From contig JAZSBI010000012.1 in assembly GCA_045602345.1 (NCBI GenBank), forward strand, positions 17 through 64,016: a stretch of DNA of 64,000 bases, in the 5' to 3' direction. The notes under the pieces were generated by a model, which was not told where the DNA came from, did not search any database, and was given only the letters and a program-made list of their open reading frames with translations. Below are positions 41,986 to 50,702 of this stretch, one piece after another (position 1 is the stretch's first letter; every line of letters starts with the position of its first letter). This stretch comes from Acutalibacteraceae bacterium (lineage in GTDB: Bacteria > Bacillota > Clostridia > Oscillospirales > Acutalibacteraceae). Made by a program: the position numbers and the translations under genes.

Positions 41986-43021
41986 ATTATTTGTTACACG
42001 TGCTTACTTGGTTGTACAGTTCAAGAATTTCTGGACTTTCATCCAGAGTAAATTTATTAAAAAAATCAAGGTAAACGGCGAAGAAGTTGCTGTAAACGCA
42101 GAAGACGGTTCGGTAAACATCGAAATCCCGGAAGGTGCTGAATATTCGCTTGCAAAAGCCGAAACAGCGGCAGAAGGCTTTCTTGCGACGTATCACCTTA
42201 CAAAGAACGGTGAGAATGTCGGTGAAGCAATCAACATCCCGAAAGACTATCTTGTAAAAGAAGCAGCCGTAAAGACTGTTGAAACTGAGAACGAGCCGGT
42301 TGAAGGCTATGCAGTAGGTGAAAAGTACATCGACTTTACCGTAAACACAAAGGGTAAAGACGGCAACGAAACTCACCTGTATATCAGGGTTGCTGATCTT
42401 GTAAAGCCGTATACATTCGGTTTCGGCATTGAACATGACGAAGAAACGAATGCAGTTGCAGCTAACAAGCATGAAGTTCTCGGCATAACAAAAGACCTTG
42501 AAGAATACGCACGTTCCCTCGGTTGGGAAGATGCAGATATTAGTCACGAAGCATTTGAAGATGCGGCAGTTATCCATGTAGATGGCTTCAGCAAAAACTT
42601 TGCATTTGTAAAGCAAGAGAATTCTAAAGTTTATGATTGTGCACAGAAATCTAGCTATGAAGATGATTTTACCCCACAGGGGCAGGTTATTCTCGTTGCT
42701 GCCGACGAAAATTATTATGATCCAAGATTCGGCGATTATGTTACGCCTGTTCAGTTTGCCCTTATTACAGATGCGCCGGTCAGGAGAACTGCATATGCAC
42801 AAACCCGAATAAGACTTTCTGTTGAATCTGGTTTACACCCGTTTGGAGAAGCATTCAAAAAATCAGACGGAACGCTTGTCGGTATTAGTGAAGATTTCCA
42901 AGTTACACCGACAAACGAAACGGTAATTGCCTACCGCTGGAAGCATAAGGCCTTAGATGATTATGAATATCTTGTAGGAGAACACCATAACATTGATTTC
43001 GAGACAGAGCTGACAGCTTAA
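41978..43021 (+). CDS. fibre-like virion protein
   Basis: The N-terminus MAKLFVTRAYLVVQFKNF is paralogous to MRFITRSYLIEQFQNF of 43799. Confidence 0.65.
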   Translation: MAKLFVTRAYLVVQFKNFWTFIQSKFIKKIKVNGEEVAVNAEDGSVNIEIPEGAEYSLAKAETAAEGFLATYHLTKNGENVGEAINIPKDYLVKEAAVKTVETENEPVEGYAVGEKYIDFTVNTKGKDGNETHLYIRVADLVKPYTFGFGIEHDEETNAVAANKHEVLGITKDLEEYARSLGWEDADISHEAFEDAAVIHVDGFSKNFAFVKQENSKVYDCAQKSSYEDDFTPQGQVILVAADENYYDPRFGDYVTPVQFALITDAPVRRTAYAQTRIRLSVESGLHPFGEAFKKSDGTLVGISEDFQVTPTNETVIAYRWKHKALDDYEYLVGEHHNIDFETELTA

Positions 43022-43033
43022 TTTTCTCGGTTT

Positions 43034-43057
43034 ACGGCGGTGCTTCGGCACTGCCGT
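43034..43057 (+). terminator. stable hairpin with UUCG tetraloop (no T-run)
   Basis: ACGGCGGTGC-TTCG-GCACTGCCGT, 10 bp with one G:T pair. Confidence 0.5.
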
Positions 43058-43082
43058 ATATATCATCTTGCAGGGCGGAACT

Positions 43083-43802
43083 ATGGGATTCTTTGACGCT
43101 GACGAAGACATTGAAAAAGGCTACTCAAAAACGGTAATAGTTCCGGCTGCAAACGGCAGACAAGGCTATCAGTATATCCGTAACTATGACGGCATAGAGG
43201 GCAAGCAGAATTGTTACAGGGGAAAGAGAACAGTAGCTTATGATTTATATTGCGGTCATATAACAGAAGCATTGAAAAATGGAAAATCATTCTTTATTAA
43301 GAATAATTCAGGTGAGTTCATTGAAATAACGAGGGGTAGCTACACAAAATCAGAAGGTTTACGGCATATCATAAAAAGACGTGTAACAGAATATACTCGT
43401 AACAAACCTATAACAAGAAAAGAGAAACTCCATTTGATAAATGAAATTTCTCATGTACTTTGCATAATAACAGACAATCTAAAAAACTGTGAACTAAAAA
43501 GAGATATAAACGGAAATTATTTCGTAAAGAAAGACGGCGTAAAAGCTATTGTGACAAAAAACGGAAATCATAAGTGGCTTTTAACCGGTTATATATTGGA
43601 TGATGAAAGAAAAATTACAGAAGGTGTTATAGCCGCGAGGAGCGCAGGGAATAACTACTCACCCAGCTTTCTCGGTATGTACGGCTGTGTGGGAGCTTCC
43701 GTAACTGATATTATCTTAACATCTTTACAAGATAAGTCAAGCAGAACGGAAAAATCGTTCAAAGAGCAGCTCTACGAAATTACAGGGGTGGTTATAAGAT
43801 GA
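43083..43802 (+). CDS. AT-rich insert gene; RNase-like module related to the N-terminal region of the giant protein
   Basis: ATG 43083 gives MGFFDADED. GLRHIIKRR...KWLLTGY is parallel to GFGIRHLIASR...NWIITGF in 21762..28847. Confidence 0.5.
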   Translation: MGFFDADEDIEKGYSKTVIVPAANGRQGYQYIRNYDGIEGKQNCYRGKRTVAYDLYCGHITEALKNGKSFFIKNNSGEFIEITRGSYTKSEGLRHIIKRRVTEYTRNKPITRKEKLHLINEISHVLCIITDNLKNCELKRDINGNYFVKKDGVKAIVTKNGNHKWLLTGYILDDERKITEGVIAARSAGNNYSPSFLGMYGCVGASVTDIILTSLQDKSSRTEKSFKEQLYEITGVVIR

Positions 43803-44233
43803 GATTTATCACGCGCAGTTATCTTATAGAGCAGTTCCAGAATTTTGTTGACAATGTTCTGTGCCGCTACGGAAAAGCGAAAGAACTTACACAGGCAGAA
43901 TATGCCGCTTTGCCGCCGGAAAAGGTTGACGACGGCGTTATATATTTTATCAGCGATACTGGCACTCTTATAAGGAACGGCATTGAATACACGGCGGCGG
44001 CCGGTGAATCAAAGATAATCGAGATTCTGGGCGAAACAAGCGGAAGACAGGCAACCTTTACAAGCAGCACGGTTATCGGCTCTGATGCAAGCTTTGCCGT
44101 AAGCTTCTACACTGGCGAGCTGAAGACAATTAAAAACAAGCAGATTGAGGGAAACACACTGACAGTTACTTTTGACCGCGATTTTATCGAGGGCGAAAAA
44201 GCAATAATGATTGCAAAAAGGGTGGCAGGATGA
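43799..44233 (+). CDS. fibre-like protein
   Basis: Contains the LTQAEYAALPPEKVDDGVIYFISD motif, which is common at fibre N-termini. Confidence 0.6.
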   Translation: MRFITRSYLIEQFQNFVDNVLCRYGKAKELTQAEYAALPPEKVDDGVIYFISDTGTLIRNGIEYTAAAGESKIIEILGETSGRQATFTSSTVIGSDASFAVSFYTGELKTIKNKQIEGNTLTVTFDRDFIEGEKAIMIAKRVAG

Positions 44234-44664
44234 GCAACTTATTATGGGAAACTATTGAAAAAGGCGGTGCAGGCTCTGGCCTTATGTATGCGGCTTGCTC
44301 AACGGCAAGCAATGTGCAGATTAAGACTATAGAGATTGAAGGCGTTGAAGAGCTTTTTGCAGGGCTTGCCGTGAACGTGAAATTCATAAACGCAAACAGT
44401 TTCGGCACTTTTGACGGCAACCATGCCGTAGGAACGCCGCCCATGCTCAACATAAACGACTTGGGCGCAAAAGCTATCAAGGTAGGCGGTGAAAATGCCG
44501 GGATTGGCTTTGTTAGAGCCGGTGACGTTCATACGCTTGTTTATGACGGCACGGCTTTCAACGATGTTACGGCTGATGTTGTCTACCGCAATGCAACGGA
44601 AATCAAATTCCGCAACGGCTCATACATGAACTGGAACGGCACGAATCTCAACATCGTATACTAG
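44230..44664 (+). CDS. fibre-associated protein
   Basis: Contains the PPMLNINDLGAKAIKVGG...LVYDGTAF pattern seen in phage fibre proteins. Confidence 0.55.
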   Translation: MSNLLWETIEKGGAGSGLMYAACSTASNVQIKTIEIEGVEELFAGLAVNVKFINANSFGTFDGNHAVGTPPMLNINDLGAKAIKVGGENAGIGFVRAGDVHTLVYDGTAFNDVTADVVYRNATEIKFRNGSYMNWNGTNLNIVY

Positions 44665-44672
44665 GGGGCGGC

Positions 44673-45035
44673 ATGGGCTATTTGATGAAAAACGGCGTAG
44701 TCGTTCATGCTGACCCACCGGCAAAGACAAGGCTTAGGGCGTATGGCCAGCAGACTTTGGTTCAGAATTACGGCAACATGAATACCGGAAACCCATATCA
44801 GTTTGCAATGCCCTTCAACGGCATTGTACATGTATGCTTTCAGAGAGGCGGAAATGGATTCACTCTAAGCATCAGCGTTGACGGTACTGATGTGGCGCAT
44901 TACCCAACTCATTCATCTTGGTCAGCCGGTGTTCTTACGGCATTTGCCGGTGCAGGGCAGACGGTGCGCGTAAGAACAGACGGCGGCCCGTTCTATATAA
45001 ACAGAATTTCGGCACAAGCTTTAGTGCTTGAATGA
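44673..45035 (+). CDS. hypothetical protein
   Basis: ORF track. GGGGG SD upstream. Confidence 0.6.
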   Translation: MGYLMKNGVVVHADPPAKTRLRAYGQQTLVQNYGNMNTGNPYQFAMPFNGIVHVCFQRGGNGFTLSISVDGTDVAHYPTHSSWSAGVLTAFAGAGQTVRVRTDGGPFYINRISAQALVLE

Positions 45036-45045
45036 GGTTTTAAGC

Positions 45046-45492
45046 ATGGGCTTTATTCAGAAAACGGCTGTAACAGCAAACCCTGCACAGAAGAGCGGCG
45101 TTACATTTCAGAACAGCTATCAGGTGCTTGACCACTATGACATTAAGTACGGAACACGCAGCGTGCCTGTGTACGGCAACGGTAATGAATACGTTTCTTT
45201 TTCACACTGGTCAGGGTCATACAACGCAGGAGTAAACGCAGAAAACCATTCACCGTATACAGTTGAGCTTGTAGGCGGAAACGAACGGGTCACAATACCG
45301 CCTAACGGAAGTGGCTCTGTAAACTACTGCACATCTGCCAGCTTGTACTTTAACGGCAGGTATATACACTCAAGTTCATCAGGCACTTTTTATTTTAATC
45401 AGGTGCAGGTCGGCACACGGACAGAGCAGTACGAAGTGAGCCGCACACCTGTGTACAGGACTGACTGGAACACTAAATGGAGCAAAACGTAA
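45046..45492 (+). CDS. hypothetical protein (start moved to ATG 45046)
   Basis: GAGG lies 8 nt upstream. The track start is TTG 45028. Confidence 0.55.
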   Translation: MGFIQKTAVTANPAQKSGVTFQNSYQVLDHYDIKYGTRSVPVYGNGNEYVSFSHWSGSYNAGVNAENHSPYTVELVGGNERVTIPPNGSGSVNYCTSASLYFNGRYIHSSSSGTFYFNQVQVGTRTEQYEVSRTPVYRTDWNTKWSKT

Positions 45493-45493
45493 A

Positions 45494-46078
45494 ATGCAGC
45501 TTGATTTTTCTACGATAGGCTTTACAGGCATAATTGCACTGCTGATTATCGTTACAGGCATATCGATAGTTCTTTTCTTTGTTCTCAGAAACGTCAAGGC
45601 TCTGAGCATAAAGACAAACGCAATATCGCTTGAGACAGACACATATATGACCAATCAGGTTAAGGCTGAAAGCCTTAGCGAATCGAAAAACTATATAAAA
45701 AGGCAGTGCGTGCTGATAGAGCATTACATAGGCGTTATTTCCGGCGACTTGCGTGAGCTTTTCAGCAAGACATACGATCTGACACCGGAAGAAAAGATAC
45801 GTATATGGGTTCTTGTTGACCTGTTCATTGCCAAGCTTCAATATCAGCTTATAAACAACTTTACAGAGAACCATATAGGCAAGACGCAAGCCGAAATAGC
45901 TGAATACACGCAGCTTAGAGCTAGGGAGTATACAGCTTATACAAAGAATTTCTTTGACACATACGATTGGGTTGTGCCCGGAAAAAGGCTCAAGGAAGCA
46001 ATCAATCATCTGCCGGTAGACTATTTCTTTACACGGCTGCTTGTCATATACACAGACGGCAAAGCAATAGAAAAATAA
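45494..46078 (+). CDS. membrane-anchored protein
   Basis: N-terminal TM segment FTGIIALLIIVTGISIVLFFVL. Confidence 0.6.
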   Translation: MQLDFSTIGFTGIIALLIIVTGISIVLFFVLRNVKALSIKTNAISLETDTYMTNQVKAESLSESKNYIKRQCVLIEHYIGVISGDLRELFSKTYDLTPEEKIRIWVLVDLFIAKLQYQLINNFTENHIGKTQAEIAEYTQLRAREYTAYTKNFFDTYDWVVPGKRLKEAINHLPVDYFFTRLLVIYTDGKAIEK

Positions 46079-46103
46079 ATTTTCAAGTAAAGGGGTTCAA
46101 ACA

Positions 46104-46826
46104 ATGAATTTACGTGAAGAAATTCGTGAAATGCTTGGAATTAAAGAAGAAATAATGCACAAGTCTATCAATGAGCTTCTTGATGATGTAATTGAAAAGG
46201 CAAACGGCTACGGAAATAAAATTCCTGTTAAAAAAGAAACCGCTGACGGCAGAATGATTACTTATTGGTTAAGTCCGGAAGACCTGAATGCCGGTAAAAA
46301 TAGAGGACAGCAGAATTTGTTTGATATTGATGATTCGCAGAAAGCAAGTAATAATGATTATTTTGCAAATTGGGATAAACAAACATACGCTTCTCAAATC
46401 AAACCGCTTATTTCAAAAATGAAAGAAGTTGAGGACGATTATAAGGGTTTGTCGGCCAGAATTGAAAACAAATATGCTAACTACAAATGGGATAGAGATA
46501 CAAGAGACTTAGATATTCAGCTTGACTATGACACTTTGGCATATATGAACCGCTGCAAACTTCATCCAGAACACAAACAGGAATATTACAAAGATTATCT
46601 GCAAGAAACAGACCGCAACTGTAAGAAATTGAATAACAGAAAACTTGCAATGGCACGCCTTAAAGTTGGAAGCGAAGTTATCTACAACGGCGAAAAGACA
46701 ACAATTAAGAGCATCAGCAAACGCGGCTATCCTATTGTTTCAACTAAAAACGGCGATAAAACATGTTTTGTTGATGAAATCGCAGATATTGACGCATTGA
46801 TAGAAAAGTTTGCAATGGCAGCTTAA
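46104..46826 (+). CDS. hypothetical protein
   Basis: ORF track. AAAGGGG SD upstream. Confidence 0.65.
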   Translation: MNLREEIREMLGIKEEIMHKSINELLDDVIEKANGYGNKIPVKKETADGRMITYWLSPEDLNAGKNRGQQNLFDIDDSQKASNNDYFANWDKQTYASQIKPLISKMKEVEDDYKGLSARIENKYANYKWDRDTRDLDIQLDYDTLAYMNRCKLHPEHKQEYYKDYLQETDRNCKKLNNRKLAMARLKVGSEVIYNGEKTTIKSISKRGYPIVSTKNGDKTCFVDEIADIDALIEKFAMAA

Positions 46827-46840
46827 TAAAGGCGGAAAAC

Positions 46841-47641
46841 ATGGGAAAAATCAATTATACATGTGATATTGATGTTTTGATTCCTTTGTCATTTTTCAAG
46901 CCGGAAATGATTATAAAGTCAACATATCCAGTAGGTACAATCCGTATATGGAACGGTAAAAAGTACATAAAGACTGCTACAGGTAGATGGAATCAGTTAA
47001 ACGAAAACAAATCTACTGTTTCCCACGATGGCGAATTTGTCTTAACAAGCAAGGGGAGCAAAGACTTTGGAGAAATTACACCTGAAATGTCAAAAATAAT
47101 GCATAGACAATCTGGTAAAATAAGATTAAGAATAGGCATTGAAAGCGAAACTGATAAAAATCATAATTATGGTGAAAAACATATAAACAGAGCTTTGAGA
47201 GCTAAAAATTTAGCTGATATTGGATTTAATAATGCAAGAGATTTTGTAGAATATATCAGTGAAAATATCAGTTATATTTTTGAAAACGGAAAGTCTTTAA
47301 TAGCAGTAAGAGAGAAAAATAGTCATTTGGCAGGGGCATGGATGGAACTCACACCTTCTGTTGAAGGTGATTTTTATGATGTAAAGACAGCTTCACCACT
47401 AAGAAGCAACTGGTATAAAAATAAAACGCCTGTTTGGATAAATCCAAAACTAGGCGTTTTAACAAAGAGTATAGGTGTTCCGCCTGCACACCAATTCAAT
47501 AAAAACATTGAATCCATTTACGGAATTGTCAGTAACTCTAATGGAATCATACTACAATCAGATGATTTGTCAAGTAAGAAAATCATAAATAAATCTTTCC
47601 GCAAACAAATTGAAGAAATACTTTGTAGTATAGGAGCGTAG
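46841..47641 (+). CDS. protein carrying the conserved N-terminal tag (third member)
   Basis: MGKINYTCDIDVLIPLSFFKPEMIIKSTYPVGTIRIWNGKKYIK aligns with the N-terminus of 17792. Confidence 0.65.
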   Translation: MGKINYTCDIDVLIPLSFFKPEMIIKSTYPVGTIRIWNGKKYIKTATGRWNQLNENKSTVSHDGEFVLTSKGSKDFGEITPEMSKIMHRQSGKIRLRIGIESETDKNHNYGEKHINRALRAKNLADIGFNNARDFVEYISENISYIFENGKSLIAVREKNSHLAGAWMELTPSVEGDFYDVKTASPLRSNWYKNKTPVWINPKLGVLTKSIGVPPAHQFNKNIESIYGIVSNSNGIILQSDDLSSKKIINKSFRKQIEEILCSIGA

Positions 47642-47645
47642 ATTT

Positions 47646-48842
47646 ATGAGTCAGGGATTAGGGAAAAATTCACCGGTTGTATTACAACTTGGAAAAGCAA
47701 ATTATGAAGCACTCATTCAAAGACACGGGCAATGGATAAGATGGCGTGTAGCAAAAAAATGTACTTGTCTGCAAAAAAATAGCCAGCAGCCGGATATACA
47801 TTGCGATAAATGCAAGGGTTTAGGCTATATATACGACATTCAAAAGGCAGCAATTTGCACTGAAACCGTAATGACTGACGATGAATATTCTGCAAGAGTT
47901 TCTGACGAATTTGAAAATGCCGGGCTTGTAAGCATTACTGATGCTAAAGGCGAAAAAGTAGAAGCTGAAAAATCAGGTAAATATCTTCTATTAAATGAGC
48001 CATACGGCAAGGCTAAACCGCTGTATGTTGTTTTGTCTCAAGACAACACAAAGAGAATAGAAGGGCCGGTCGAATGTAAGAATGTTGGTTTTAATTATTT
48101 TCAGATTCCTGATTTGCGCGTAGGCAAGCCCGGCACAGATGATTTATACCATACAGCGCCATGCGATATTTTATCAATTGATAAAATAACGGATGCAGAC
48201 GGCAAAGAATATAAAGCTGTTGAATTGCGCAATGACCAGTTTTTTATTGAAACTAAGACAGAAGAAATTGAGATTGAAAACCCTGAAACCGGAGAAATGG
48301 AAACTGTTATACAGCCTATTCCGGTAAAAGAGCCGGTAACTGTTAGGGGCGTAAAATACATTGAACCTTTTATTTTTGCCTTACTTTCACAGGAATTGTC
48401 AAAGCAGGATCAGCTTGCACTTGAACAGGCAGGCGGAGAAGCAATGCTTACGTTCCCGTATAATTGCGATGTTTCAAACGGTGATATTTTGACTGTTTTA
48501 TCTGGAACATACACACAGAAAGACGTTTTAACGCGCAAAAGAAGCAAATTTGATGAATTACCGGCTTATTTTATTGAAGATGTTGTTTTTTGTGAAGGTG
48601 AAAGGGAATTTGTAAAGGGCGTTGATTTTGTTCTTGTTGGAACAAATTCGCTTAAATGGATATGTGAAGATGCGCCGGAAGAAGGTGAGAATTACTCTGT
48701 TATTTACAAAATATTTCCTACTTACATTGTAGTTAAGGCGATTCCACAGATAAGGACAAGCGAAAACCAAAGACTACCTAAAAAAGCAGCAGTTAAATTA
48801 TTCAGTGCATACGGTGAAAAAAGAGGTGTAAACCGGCAATGA
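47646..48842 (+). CDS. hypothetical virion protein
   Basis: Long ORF. Contains CTC...CDKCKGLG. Confidence 0.65.
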   Translation: MSQGLGKNSPVVLQLGKANYEALIQRHGQWIRWRVAKKCTCLQKNSQQPDIHCDKCKGLGYIYDIQKAAICTETVMTDDEYSARVSDEFENAGLVSITDAKGEKVEAEKSGKYLLLNEPYGKAKPLYVVLSQDNTKRIEGPVECKNVGFNYFQIPDLRVGKPGTDDLYHTAPCDILSIDKITDADGKEYKAVELRNDQFFIETKTEEIEIENPETGEMETVIQPIPVKEPVTVRGVKYIEPFIFALLSQELSKQDQLALEQAGGEAMLTFPYNCDVSNGDILTVLSGTYTQKDVLTRKRSKFDELPAYFIEDVVFCEGEREFVKGVDFVLVGTNSLKWICEDAPEEGENYSVIYKIFPTYIVVKAIPQIRTSENQRLPKKAAVKLFSAYGEKRGVNRQ

Positions 48843-49672
48843 TTGAAGTTGATGTAACCGCAAACAATAACCTTCTCATGGTTTTACAGGCAAAACTTGA
48901 CATGTTATCAGGCAAATCAAACAAAGTTTTTCCGGCTGCATCAATGGCTTTTTCTATGGGTACAAAAATGGTTCAAAAGGCTTGGCAATCATGGTGTATG
49001 GGAGATACTATTGACGGATTGACAATAGACAGCCCGAATTCAAGATTGGCACAAAGCATAAGAATCAGACAGAACGGTGTATTTGATTATTCTATTTATT
49101 CAAATTCGCCGCGCATGGAAGAAATAATAAAGGGTAGAGACGAATACGACATGAAACCGGCTTTAGTAAATGGCCCTAGAAGCCGTGTTGTACAATCAGG
49201 CCCGAACAAGGGCAGAAAATACAATATTATTCCTTTTAGATGGAGAACACCTACAGGAAACTTAAAAAGAGTTTCGCCGGGCGAAGTTTCTTTTAATCTT
49301 ATTCCACAGTCAATTTATCAGCTTCTTAAATCGCGTGAAGCTACATATAGAACAGGTGAAACACACTTTGAACCAAACGCAAGAGGGCAGCAAGTAGAAA
49401 GAAGCAATTATTCAGGCTGGAAGGGTAGTATTTCAGAATTTGATGCCGGAGATAACGGGCGGCTTGTTGGTTTGTCAAGAATAATGGACGAATCAGGGCC
49501 GAGACCTAAAAGTGTTTATTTCACTTTCAGAATCGTTCACGAAGGACAAACCGATAAATGGGTTCGCAAAGCTGTTGAAGGTAAAAATATTGTTGAGGTG
49601 CTTGAAAAGAAATACAAAGCAAAAGTTGAAGAAAGTGTTCAGCAGGGCTTAATGGCAGACTTAGGGCTTTGA
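48839..49672 (+). CDS. hypothetical virion protein
   Basis: ORF track. ATGA overlap with the upstream gene. Confidence 0.65.
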   Translation: MIEVDVTANNNLLMVLQAKLDMLSGKSNKVFPAASMAFSMGTKMVQKAWQSWCMGDTIDGLTIDSPNSRLAQSIRIRQNGVFDYSIYSNSPRMEEIIKGRDEYDMKPALVNGPRSRVVQSGPNKGRKYNIIPFRWRTPTGNLKRVSPGEVSFNLIPQSIYQLLKSREATYRTGETHFEPNARGQQVERSNYSGWKGSISEFDAGDNGRLVGLSRIMDESGPRPKSVYFTFRIVHEGQTDKWVRKAVEGKNIVEVLEKKYKAKVEESVQQGLMADLGL

Positions 49673-49675
49673 CAT

Positions 49676-49731
49676 TTGACAACAATTGAAATAAAACGTA
49701 AAATATAACGGATGTTTGTATCGTAGGTACA
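49676..49731 (+). promoter_or_regulatory. promoter plus leader hairpin, copy F
   Basis: TTGACA-17-TAAAAT. Hairpin 49717-49731 (TGTATC-GTA-GGTACA). Confidence 0.65.
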
Positions 49732-49757
49732 GCAATTATTTAAGGCTGGTAAATCCT

Positions 49758-50525
49758 ATGATATGTTATATCAACAGAGGACTAATACTCGAACAACTTC
49801 TTGTAAGTGCATTTACTGATTATTTTAAGACAATCAATCTTGAAGGCATTTACAAAAACTTTCATGTCAACGTAACTAATTCACATCCATTTGCAGATTT
49901 ACTTGCCTACGAATCAGAAAAAACAAACGATAACTTTCCAGCCGTTATAATCACCACAGAATCAGAAGACAAAACAAGCGAATTAATGGACTTAGCGCCG
50001 GAAGTAGATGCTGTTGGTTTTGACCTTGCCAGAATTGAAGAACTGACACAAAACACAGAAATAATCATCAAAAAGGGTAAGGAAAAACAGGAAAAAATTC
50101 CAGGTTATTGCAATATTATTGATTCTGATGCAATAGAAACAATCAAAAGTGTCATTGAAAAACAAAACTATATTTACGGTATTGATATAAGAAACCGTAG
50201 AACTGACCATGTTTCAATTGAAATTTGGGCTGAAAACAATCAGCTAAAGAATGAGCTTTATGAGCAGATAAGGCTTTTTGTTACCGGAAATCTTCGATTC
50301 ATTTTAAGAAATAACAAATATCTTCCATATGATATAGCACTTTTTGACTCAACAATCAGCGGACAGCGTTCAAATAATTATAATTTTGATTTTTCTACAA
50401 CTTTGTGCGGTGCACGAATTTCTTTTGACGTAAATTATCGCGTTGAACAAATCGTTTTAGACACTGAAATAACAGGACTCAATAAAGACATTATTGTGGA
50501 GGTAAACAATCATGTCAAAATCTAA
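49758..50525 (+). CDS. hypothetical virion protein (start moved downstream of the leader hairpin)
   Basis: The track start TTG 49716 lies inside the hairpin. ATG 49758 is in frame. The SD is weak (AAGG). Confidence 0.55.
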   Translation: MICYINRGLILEQLLVSAFTDYFKTINLEGIYKNFHVNVTNSHPFADLLAYESEKTNDNFPAVIITTESEDKTSELMDLAPEVDAVGFDLARIEELTQNTEIIIKKGKEKQEKIPGYCNIIDSDAIETIKSVIEKQNYIYGIDIRNRRTDHVSIEIWAENNQLKNELYEQIRLFVTGNLRFILRNNKYLPYDIALFDSTISGQRSNNYNFDFSTTLCGARISFDVNYRVEQIVLDTEITGLNKDIIVEVNNHVKI

Positions 50526-50691
50526 TAAGCCTAAAAAAATGGGTTATTACAGATATTTGCAGATCAGCAATCTATGCGACAACAAAAAACTTGCAGGGCT
50601 GGTTGCAGTTGCTTATCCAACGGCTGTAATGACATATGACGAATGGGAAATAGCAGTACAAGAGCTGCTTAAAAAGAAAATTCCGCATTAA
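50512..50691 (+). CDS. hypothetical small protein (59 aa)
   Basis: Hand translation MSKSNKPKKMGYYRYLQISNLCDNKKLAGLVAVAYPTAVMTYDEWEIAVQELLKKKIPH*. GTGGAGGT SD upstream. Confidence 0.45.
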   Translation: MSKSNKPKKMGYYRYLQISNLCDNKKLAGLVAVAYPTAVMTYDEWEIAVQELLKKKIPH

Positions 50692-50702
50692 GGGGGTAAT
50701 GT

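Noticed and set aside
41987-42802. A 271-aa minus-strand ORF, plus many other antisense ORFs in the track (for example 7773..8330, 39484..39960, 45473..46009, 21951..22199, 26900..27304).
   Set aside because: They lie entirely inside long, SD-preceded plus-strand genes with recognisable domains. They are Cys/Phe/Ser/Leu-rich shadow frames, lack SD sequences, and break the otherwise uniform operon structure.
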